IMG/VR virus record: IMGVR_UViG_3300028531_000001
Location: 1-64,000 of that record
DNA: 64,000 bases
Strand: one strand, 5' to 3'
Source of the DNA: a virus
Taxonomy: Duplodnaviria; Caudoviricetes
The notes below the pieces were generated by a model, which had not been told where the DNA came from, did not search any database, and was given only the letters and a program-made list of their open reading frames with translations. This document shows positions 44,618 to 52,294 of this stretch, piece after piece. The translations under genes were made by a program, and so were the position numbers. How positions within the stretch are numbered: the first letter of the stretch is position 1; the number at the start of each line of letters is the position of its first letter.

Positions 44618-45541
44618 ATGAGCATCGCCCCCTACGACCGCGACACCGAAATCGAAGCCTACGACGACGAAGAGACGCAGGAGGTCAACCTCGGCGGGAC
44701 CGCGATCGAGCTTGCGACGCGTGCCGAGATCGCCGCACAGGTGGCGGTGGCTCGCCAGTATCCGAGGTCGATCAAGCGATTCCTTAACACGGCACGGGAA
44801 ATGGCCACGCTCGACCCGCGCATGGCCGAGGCTTGCAACTACGCGGTCCCTCGCGGCGGCAAGATCATCGAAGGGCCGTCGGTCCGACTCGCCGAGATCG
44901 CCGCTTACGCCTGGGGCCACCTGAGGGTCGAGGCGAAGATCGTTTCCGAGGATGAGCGGTTCGTGACCGCCAGGGGCGTGTGCCATGACATGCAGACCAA
45001 CGTCTTCGTGGCTTACGAGACCAAGCGCAAGATCAGCTACTCCAACGGCCGCCGATACAACGACGACATGATCGCCACGACGGGCAACGCGGCGGCTTCC
45101 ATCGCCCTGCGCAACGCGATCTTCCGGGTCATCCCCAACGCCCTGATCAAGCCGCTGGCCGACGAGGCGAAGATGTGCGCCAAGGGGGACGTCAAGACGT
45201 TGTCGGCCCGCCGAAGCGCGTTGCTCGAGCACTTCGGCCGGCTCGGCGCCAAGCCGGAGGACGTCTACCGCGTCCTCGGTGTTGCCGGGGTGGAGGACAT
45301 CACCCTCGATCACCTCCTGACCATGCAGGGGATCGCCGCGGCCATCAAGGACGGCGAGACGACCTTCGAGTCTGTCTTCACCGTGCCTGTCACGGTGGCC
45401 AGCAAGTCCGAGGGAATCACGGCCACCCTGACGGCCAAACTCGCCGAATCCCCCGCCCCTTCGAAGGCCGAGCCCGCCCCGGCCGCGACGCCGAAGGTCG
45501 AGCCGGCGAAGAAGACCCGCGAGCCCGGCGAGGACGGCTGA
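44618..45541 (+). CDS. Putative single-strand annealing protein (YqaJ partner)
   Basis: 'RAEIAAQVAVARQYPRS...YAVPRGGKIIEGPSVRLAE'; near YqaJ. Confidence 0.6.
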   Translation: MSIAPYDRDTEIEAYDDEETQEVNLGGTAIELATRAEIAAQVAVARQYPRSIKRFLNTAREMATLDPRMAEACNYAVPRGGKIIEGPSVRLAEIAAYAWGHLRVEAKIVSEDERFVTARGVCHDMQTNVFVAYETKRKISYSNGRRYNDDMIATTGNAAASIALRNAIFRVIPNALIKPLADEAKMCAKGDVKTLSARRSALLEHFGRLGAKPEDVYRVLGVAGVEDITLDHLLTMQGIAAAIKDGETTFESVFTVPVTVASKSEGITATLTAKLAESPAPSKAEPAPAATPKVEPAKKTREPGEDG

Positions 45542-45549
45542 ACCACCGA

Positions 45550-45586
45550 GGGGCCTGCGGCGTGGGTCGCGGGCCCCCTGCTCTTT
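45550..45586 (+). terminator. Hairpin after the SSAP gene (weak U tract)
   Basis: GGGGCCTGCGGC-GTGG-GTCGCGGGCCCC then CTGCTCTTT. Confidence 0.45.
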
Positions 45587-45615
45587 CCCAAGACCGATCG
45601 GCACCGAGGTTCCCC

Positions 45616-48600
45616 ATGCACCAGCCGAGTATCCGAGCGTCGATCATCACCCGCAGGACGTACTGCCGACCTCTCGACGACGAGGGGACCGTATTCGAGA
45701 CCTGGCCGCAGGTGATCGACCGGGTCAAGTCGCATCAGCGATGGCTCTGGGAGAACGCCCAGGGGTTCAGCCTGTCTCCGAGTCAGGAAGACGAACTGGC
45801 GGAACTATCCGGCCTCATGCTCGACCGGAAGTTGATGCCCGCGGGCCGGACCCTCTGGCTCGGCGGGACGGACATCGTCAAGCGGCGGGCCGCATCCAAC
45901 TACAATTGTTCGTTTCTCAAAACGAAATCGGTCCACGACATCGTCGACGCGTTCTGGTTGCTGCTCCAGGGCTGCGGCGTCGGGTTCAAGATGGAGACGG
46001 GCGGGCTCAGCGGATTCAACAGGAAACTCGAAATCCAGGTCGCCCCCTCGACCCGGACCGACGCCAACGGGCGGGACACGAACGAGGAGCACTTCGACTC
46101 CGAGAGCGGCGTATGGACGATCAACGTCGGCGACTCTGCCGAGGCGTGGGCCAAGGCGGCCGGCAAACTCGTCGTCGGAAAGTTCCCCGCGAAGGTGCTC
46201 CGGATCGAGACGACCGAGGTCCGCCCGGCCGGGACTCGGCTCAAGGGTTACGGCTGGATCTGTGCTGGCGACTCGCAACTCCTGAAGGCGTTCACGGAGA
46301 TCGCCGGCATCCGCAACCGCAAGGCCGGGAAACTGCTCACGAAGCTCGACGTGCTCGACCTCGTGAACTGGCTCGGGACCGTGCTCTCGACCCGCCGCTC
46401 CGCCCAGGCCGCCCTCATGGATTACGGCGACAAGGAGTGGGAGGACTTCGCCACGGCCAAGGCCCCCGGCTATTGGGAGAAGAACCCGCAGCGGGCCCAG
46501 AGCAACAACGGCCTGATGTTCTGGGAGAAGCCGAGCCTTCGTGAAATCCGCTCGATCTTCAATATGATGGTCGAGCACGGGGGGGGCGAACCGAGCTTCA
46601 ACAACGCGGCCGAGGCCAGGCGTCGGGCCCCTTGGTTCGACGGTTTCAACCCCTGCGTGACCGGAGACACCTGGGTCCTGACCACCGAGGGGCCGAGGAA
46701 GGCTGTCGACCTCGTCGGGCAACCCTTCACGGCGATCGTCGATGGCCTGCCGCACGACTCGACCGACCGCGGGTTCTACCCGACCGGCGAGAAGATGGTC
46801 TACCGGGTCGAGACCGATCGGGGGTACTCGTTCGAGTGCACCGACAACCACCAGATTCAGGAGGTCTATTCGCTTACCGCGAAGTCGCGTCGGACCCGAT
46901 GGACGGAACTCAAGGATCTCAAGGTCGGAGACCGGATCAGCCTGCACAACCACGAGGACGCCGCGTGGTCAGGGGCCGGGAGCCGCGAGGAGGGCTGGCT
47001 GGTCGGCAGCCTTCTCGGAGACGGTGTCTTCATGGGTGGGAATGTCGAGACGGCCCGCCTGTCCTATTGGGGGCCGACGAAGGAAGTGATGGCCGGGATC
47101 GCCCGGGATTCGATCCTCTCGACCGTTAAGGCCCGATCGGACTGCGGGCGACGATCCCCCGGCGGGGTTCAGGAGATCAAGTATGATCGAATGAACCTCA
47201 GCAGCACCGGCCTGCGGTCGATGGCCGAGTCCTTCGGGCTAACCGCGATCAAGACCCTGGGGGATGAGGTCGAACATACGTCGTCGGACTTCCACGAGGG
47301 GTTCCTCTCGGGATGGTTCGACGCCGACGGATCGGTGTGCGGCGGTCAGTCACACGGCGTCTCGGTCCGCCTCACCTCGGTCATACTGAAGAACCTCTAT
47401 GCGGCTCAACGCATGCTGGCCCGGCTCGGGATCATCTGCAAGGTCTACAAGGATCGCCAACCCGAAGGACCTCGCACGCTCCCGGACGGCAAGGGCGGGG
47501 TCAAGGACTACAACTGCCAGGCCGGTCACGAATTGATCATCTCGGGCAGGAGCCTCGCCAGGTTCGCGGAACGTGTTGGCTTCCGGCATCCGGCCAAGAG
47601 TAAGAAGCTCGCGGCCAGGATGGACGCATACCAGCGAGGGCTCAACCGCGAGCGATTCACGGCCCGGATCAAGTCGATCAGGCCGGTCGGCGTCCAATCT
47701 GTCTACGACTGCACGATCCCGACGGCCAGCCAGTTCGACGGGAATGGGGTGAACCTCCACAACTGTTTCGAAATCATCCTGGCCGACCGTGGTTTCTGCA
47801 ACCTCTTCGACATCAACGTACTGCGGTTTGTTGATGACCATCATGGCCTGCACCGGGCGATCTATTTGGCCGGCAGGGCGAACTACCGCCAGACGCTCGT
47901 GGACTTGCGTGACGGCATCCTCCAACACTCGTGGCACGAGAACAACGAGTTCCTGCGGCTCTGCGGCGTGGGCCTGACGGGGCTCGTGACTCGGCCCGAC
48001 CTGGACGACTATGCGCTTCGGCAACTCCGCAACTCGGCGACGGCCGGGGCCTACTCGATCGCGGACGAACTCGGGCTGGAGCGGCCCAAGAACGTCACGA
48101 CGATCAAGCCGTCGGGCACGGTCTCGAAGATCATGGACTGCACCGAGGGGGCCCACAAGCCTCTCGGCCGGTACATCTTCAACAACGTCAACTTCTCCAG
48201 GCATGACCCGCTCGTCGGCATGCTCACCGACGCCGGATACGACGTGCTGGACAATCCCACCGACCCGGCGGCCGTGCTGGTCAAGATCCCGACCTCGTGG
48301 CCGACCGTGCCGTTCGGGCTCTCCCCCGCCGGAGTCCCGGTCAATCATGAGTCGGCGGTCGATCAGTTGGAGCGATACCGCAAACTCCAGAACAGCTACT
48401 GCGATCAGAACACGTCGATCACCGTCAGCTACGACCCGTCGGAAGTCCCGGCGATGTCGAAGTGGTTCGACAAGAACTGGGACAGCTACGTCGGTGCCGC
48501 CTTCCTGTTCCGCAACGACCCCACGAAGACAGCGGCCGACCTCGGGTTCGCGTATCTCCCGCAGGAGGTGGTCGACGCGGAGACGTACCGGAAGTACGAG

Positions 48601-48690
48601 AGTCGATTGAAGCCGATCGACATCGACGCGGCGTCGGGTGAGGACCTGATCGACGCGGACTGCTCGACCGGCGCGTGCCCGGTCCGGTGA
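45616..48690 (+). CDS. nrdJ: Class II (B12-dependent) ribonucleotide reductase, intein-containing
   Basis: TRRTYCR, MPAGRTLW, YNCSF, GCGVG, NP[intein]CFE, TTIKPSGT, CSTGACPVR. Confidence 0.92.
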   Translation: MHQPSIRASIITRRTYCRPLDDEGTVFETWPQVIDRVKSHQRWLWENAQGFSLSPSQEDELAELSGLMLDRKLMPAGRTLWLGGTDIVKRRAASNYNCSFLKTKSVHDIVDAFWLLLQGCGVGFKMETGGLSGFNRKLEIQVAPSTRTDANGRDTNEEHFDSESGVWTINVGDSAEAWAKAAGKLVVGKFPAKVLRIETTEVRPAGTRLKGYGWICAGDSQLLKAFTEIAGIRNRKAGKLLTKLDVLDLVNWLGTVLSTRRSAQAALMDYGDKEWEDFATAKAPGYWEKNPQRAQSNNGLMFWEKPSLREIRSIFNMMVEHGGGEPSFNNAAEARRRAPWFDGFNPCVTGDTWVLTTEGPRKAVDLVGQPFTAIVDGLPHDSTDRGFYPTGEKMVYRVETDRGYSFECTDNHQIQEVYSLTAKSRRTRWTELKDLKVGDRISLHNHEDAAWSGAGSREEGWLVGSLLGDGVFMGGNVETARLSYWGPTKEVMAGIARDSILSTVKARSDCGRRSPGGVQEIKYDRMNLSSTGLRSMAESFGLTAIKTLGDEVEHTSSDFHEGFLSGWFDADGSVCGGQSHGVSVRLTSVILKNLYAAQRMLARLGIICKVYKDRQPEGPRTLPDGKGGVKDYNCQAGHELIISGRSLARFAERVGFRHPAKSKKLAARMDAYQRGLNRERFTARIKSIRPVGVQSVYDCTIPTASQFDGNGVNLHNCFEIILADRGFCNLFDINVLRFVDDHHGLHRAIYLAGRANYRQTLVDLRDGILQHSWHENNEFLRLCGVGLTGLVTRPDLDDYALRQLRNSATAGAYSIADELGLERPKNVTTIKPSGTVSKIMDCTEGAHKPLGRYIFNNVNFSRHDPLVGMLTDAGYDVLDNPTDPAAVLVKIPTSWPTVPFGLSPAGVPVNHESAVDQLERYRKLQNSYCDQNTSITVSYDPSEVPAMSKWFDKNWDSYVGAAFLFRNDPTKTAADLGFAYLPQEVVDAETYRKYESRLKPIDIDAASGEDLIDADCSTGACPVR
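46654..47763 (+). mobile_element. Intein (370 aa) with LAGLIDADG endonuclease in nrdJ
   Basis: CVTGDTWV...VYDCTI...NLHN|C; GSLLGDG and GWFDADGS motifs. Confidence 0.93.
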
Positions 48691-48713
48691 CTAACCTTCC
48701 CGGAGTCCCCTCA

Positions 48714-49025
48714 ATGACCCAACTCACCTACGGCGATCCCAGCCTCAAACACCTCAAGCAGAACCTCGGCCTGATCCTCGGCAGTGCCGCCTACGTCACG
48801 CACCGGGCGATTCTCGAGACCCTGCACGAGCGGGGCACGGTGACGTCGGCCCAGCTCAACGCGTCGAATCTCGACCGATCGAAGGTCGCCGTGGCGTTGG
48901 CGGAACTCAGGCGGGCCCACCTCATCGACCTGATCATGGGCGACGGGCCGCTGCCGGACTGGCCGATCCGGCTGACGAAGGCGGCGGCGGAGCGGATGGG
49001 GCGGCGGCTGGAACGGGCGAAATGA
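48714..49025 (+). CDS. Winged-HTH protein
   Basis: 'RAILETLHERG...DRSKVAVALAELRRAHLI...IRLT'. Confidence 0.6.
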   Translation: MTQLTYGDPSLKHLKQNLGLILGSAAYVTHRAILETLHERGTVTSAQLNASNLDRSKVAVALAELRRAHLIDLIMGDGPLPDWPIRLTKAAAERMGRRLERAK

Positions 49026-49243
49026 TGATCCTTCAAGGGGACGCGCGGGGAACGGCCGGTTTCGGGGATTCTGTCCGCGTAAGTCGTTAGGAGGAAGCGG
49101 TTTCCGGGTGCGCGAGGATGGCGAGAGATCGGCGCGGCGGGAAACGCCGATTTTGGGGGCTTGATCGACGCAAGTCCTTGACACGAAACGACTCGATCGC
49201 GCGACAGTGCTTGGGTTCGGAAACTCCTTCAAGAAAGGCTCTC

Positions 49244-49744
49244 ATGGACTTCTGCAAGATTGACGATCGGGCGATCACTCCGAAGCGGGCCCACAAGAAA
49301 GACCTCGGGCAAGACATCTACGCGCTCGGAGATGTGACGCTCCGACCCGGCGAGAAGAAGCGGATCAAGACGGGCATCAAGATCGCCCTGCCCCGCGATT
49401 CCAGCGGCCTGTTCTGGGACAAGTCCGGCCGGGCGGATGCCGGGCTCGTGGTCCACGCCGGGGGAATCGACAACGGGTACATCGGCGAGCTGGAGGTGAT
49501 CGTCCAGAACCTCCAGATCGGGGACCTCCTGGAGGCCCTGATGGCGAGACTGGCCGGGGACCTCGACGTCTCGCCCTCTTTTATCTACGAGCGGGACACC
49601 ATCCACGTCCCCTACGGCAAGCCCCTGACGCAACTCCTGATCGCGGACCTGGCCTTCGACGAGGCTAACGAGGTGGACCGGGAGACGTTCGAACGGCGGA
49701 CCACCGAGCGGGGCGAGGGCGGGTTCGGATCGACCAGCCGATGA
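49244..49744 (+). CDS. dut: Trimeric dUTPase
   Basis: GQDI, DKSG, GGIDNGYIGE, TQL, RGEGGFGST. Confidence 0.9.
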   Translation: MDFCKIDDRAITPKRAHKKDLGQDIYALGDVTLRPGEKKRIKTGIKIALPRDSSGLFWDKSGRADAGLVVHAGGIDNGYIGELEVIVQNLQIGDLLEALMARLAGDLDVSPSFIYERDTIHVPYGKPLTQLLIADLAFDEANEVDRETFERRTTERGEGGFGSTSR

Positions 49745-49974
49745 GACCACCCCCGGACATGCCCCTGGACTGGGAGGAGCGGCCCGGCGGCTGGCGGACG
49801 ACCGCCGGCACGTTCGTCGCCGTGGTGATCCCCCTCCCGTCCGGCGGGTATTCCTGGGTGGCGGTGGACCTGGAGCCGCATGGGGTCCACGGCAAGGGCA
49901 AGGCGGGGACGTTCCGCGGGGCGTTGGACGGGGTCGATGGGATCTACAAGAGGGGGAAGGACGGATGGGGATGA
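49741..49974 (+). CDS. Hypothetical protein
   Basis: 77 aa, ATGA-coupled. Confidence 0.55.
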   Translation: MRPPPDMPLDWEERPGGWRTTAGTFVAVVIPLPSGGYSWVAVDLEPHGVHGKGKAGTFRGALDGVDGIYKRGKDGWG

Positions 49975-50127
49975 GCCTCGCGGCGGATTGGATTCGACAT
50001 CTGCTCAGGTGGATGAAGTTCGAGATATGCCTGCTCTATAGGGAGTGCTTCATCGAGGAAATCTGGCCCTGGCTCTATGCGATGCTAGAGGCCGAACAAC
50101 GCAAGTTGGAAAGCGAGGGGGGCGAGG

Positions 50128-50415
50128 ATGTGCACTGACATCTACATGCCGGACGGCGGCGAAATCTCGAATCGACGCGAGATCAAAAGGGCACTACCGA
50201 AGATCATCTACCGGCAGGACTACTATATCGACGACTATGACCCGGCCGACGACGATGGCGAAATCTGCCTCTGTGCCGTGGATATGCGGGCGACCGCCAA
50301 GGCCAACGGGTATCGCGTCATCCCCTTCGGGCCGGGCGACGTCTACTTCGTGAAGCGAGGCCAGAGGCTGAGGAATCACGCGGAAGTGAAGTTTCAGGAG
50401 GCTCACCGACGATGA
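50128..50415 (+). CDS. Hypothetical protein
   Basis: 95 aa, GAGG upstream. Confidence 0.55.
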   Translation: MCTDIYMPDGGEISNRREIKRALPKIIYRQDYYIDDYDPADDDGEICLCAVDMRATAKANGYRVIPFGPGDVYFVKRGQRLRNHAEVKFQEAHRR

Positions 50416-50597
50416 CCATCGACCAACTCCAGGCCCACGTCCAGTACCTCAACCTCCTGCTCCGGCGCGAGACGGCGAAGTCGAACCCCGACCGGACGCA
50501 GGTGGCCATGCTCACGTCGCAGCGTGATGCGGCGGTCGGGCGGATCAATCGGGCCAGAAATCATGGCGATCCCTTGATCAGTACGATACCCTTGTAG
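50412..50597 (+). CDS. Hypothetical protein
   Basis: 61 aa, coupled. Confidence 0.5.
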   Translation: MTIDQLQAHVQYLNLLLRRETAKSNPDRTQVAMLTSQRDAAVGRINRARNHGDPLISTIPL

Positions 50598-50672
50598 GGC
50601 TCGCCTCTTTTTTATTTGTACCCGAGGTGAGGTTGTGATACCTCACCGGATCAGTCGAGATTGGGGTGAGTC

Positions 50673-51062
50673 GTGGCGTGGCCCTATCAGCGGATCCAGG
50701 CGAGGACGGGGCCGAGACGCCCGGCCACCCGGCCCATCCGGCGTGACATCCTCACCGCCCTGGCCTGCCTGGGGCTGGGGAAGTACGAGTGGATCGTCGT
50801 GGCGAAGGTGCTGCTGGAGACCGACCCGGAGGTCCAGCGGGCCACGATGGTCAATCAATCCAGCCTCGCCCGGGATTACGGCGTGCCGAAGCAGCGGATC
50901 TCGGAGGCGATCCGCAGGCTCAGGGACCGCGGCATCCTGAGCCTGCACGGGGACGCTGCCGGACTCTACGCGATCAACCGGGACGTCTATTCGTGGCTCG
51001 CGACGGACGGCCAGGCGGCCCTGTCGGACGATCAAATCGCCCAGGTCAACCTGGCAAACTGA
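50673..51062 (+). CDS. Stand-alone lambda-O-like N-terminal wHTH domain
   Basis: Aligns with the N-terminus of 51074..52294 (LGKY, PKQRIS, N..V..W..DGQ). Confidence 0.65.
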   Translation: MAWPYQRIQARTGPRRPATRPIRRDILTALACLGLGKYEWIVVAKVLLETDPEVQRATMVNQSSLARDYGVPKQRISEAIRRLRDRGILSLHGDAAGLYAINRDVYSWLATDGQAALSDDQIAQVNLAN

Positions 51063-51073
51063 GGGGGCCGGTC

Positions 51074-52294
51074 GTGGCTTATCGCTGGGGGAAGATCAAC
51101 GACGGGGATCCATTCCACCGGATCACCAAGGACCTGCTCAGGCCGCTCCTGACGGCCGACCTAGGCAAATACGACGGGTGCCTGATCGCCAGCCTGATCG
51201 ACGAGAGTTGGACGAAGCCCTACGTGGAGTCGAAGCGGCGGCCGAATGCGGAGGTCGAACCCGTCCCATTCCGGGTGCCGTGCAGCCAGATCGCCCGCGA
51301 CTTCGGCTGCCCCAAGCAGCGGATCAGCAAGGCGAAGCGGACCCTGATCGCCCGCAGGATCATGATCGAATTGCCCGACGGGACGGTCCTCTTCAACAAG
51401 AATGTCGACGACTGGATCGGCCTGGACGGCCAGCCCCAGTTCACCGAAGGGCAACTCCAATTGTTTATACGGGATGGGATGGCATCGTCGAAGAAAACCA
51501 AGACGACACACAACTGTGTGACGAAAAAGGGGCGGTCGAAGCCAAACGACACACTCCAGGGTGACGAAACCGGGAAATCGGGCGGCCCCGACACACAACT
51601 GTGTGACGTTCTGCATGCCAGCGAGAATCCCGTATCCGGCGACACACAACTGTGTGACGCTCGACCGGAAAACGACACACAACTGTGTGACGCAACGACA
51701 CACTCGGCTGTGTCGTCCCACTATATAGGAACGCGCCCGTCAGAAGACTCAGAAGACTTCAATACAAGAGGTGCTACGCACCAATTCGCGGGCGGGCGCG
51801 ATGCCGGCGGCGGGGAGACCATCGGGGAGGGGCCGAGGAAGGTGCCCGACTTCCCCGCGGTGCTGCCCAGGCCGACCGACGTCCACCCCGGCCCACACGA
51901 GCCGGACTGGGAGCGGGTCGACTTCGCCCGGGGCCTGGCGATGAAGCTCTGGATCAACGACCGGCTGGGGCTGGACATCCGGGCCCACGCCCGCCAGTGG
52001 CCGAGCGAGTGGTTCGTGAGGGTCGTCAAGCGGCTCTGGGCCCAGCAGGCGTACCCGCACAGCTTCAAACTCCTGCGGACCATCCTGAACGGCTGGGACC
52101 GCAAGGGCGGGCCCGACGCGGGGCCGGAGGACGACTACGACGACAGGCTCGAGTTCATCCCGCAGTCGAAGCGGGGAGTCCTGCCCCTGTCCAAGCCGGG
52201 ACCCAGGCCGACTTCGGATGACAAATCCCTGAATGAGTTCATCCCCATATCCAAACGATTCGCCCAAGCCCAGGCCAACGGGAGCCCACTGTGA
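51074..52294 (+). CDS. Phage replication initiator (lambda O-like) with internal origin
   Basis: wHTH 'SQIARDFGCPKQRISKAKRTLIARRIM...FNKNVDDW'; iterons in the linker; directly upstream of dnaB. Confidence 0.75.
   Translation: MAYRWGKINDGDPFHRITKDLLRPLLTADLGKYDGCLIASLIDESWTKPYVESKRRPNAEVEPVPFRVPCSQIARDFGCPKQRISKAKRTLIARRIMIELPDGTVLFNKNVDDWIGLDGQPQFTEGQLQLFIRDGMASSKKTKTTHNCVTKKGRSKPNDTLQGDETGKSGGPDTQLCDVLHASENPVSGDTQLCDARPENDTQLCDATTHSAVSSHYIGTRPSEDSEDFNTRGATHQFAGGRDAGGGETIGEGPRKVPDFPAVLPRPTDVHPGPHEPDWERVDFARGLAMKLWINDRLGLDIRAHARQWPSEWFVRVVKRLWAQQAYPHSFKLLRTILNGWDRKGGPDAGPEDDYDDRLEFIPQSKRGVLPLSKPGPRPTSDDKSLNEFIPISKRFAQAQANGSPL
51505..51714. repeat. Origin iterons: four exact 19-mers GACACACAACTGTGTGACG plus two degenerate copies
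   Basis: Exact at 51505, 51590, 51641, 51674; degenerate at 51548, 51697. Confidence 0.92.

Noticed and set aside
45175-45615. N-terminal extension of NrdJ (and similar extensions of thyA, parB, dnaN, ant in the ORF track)
   Set aside because: Overlaps upstream genes and has shadow-like composition; conserved sequence starts at downstream ATG/GTG
49030-49240. Recombination (res/dif-like) site around TAAGTCGTTAG/CAAGTCCTTG
   Set aside because: Short imperfect motifs with no recombinase nearby; cannot be supported
51505-51714. Repeated 19-mers resembling a CRISPR mini-array
   Set aside because: Irregular spacing, located inside the initiator ORF, no cas genes; fits origin iterons
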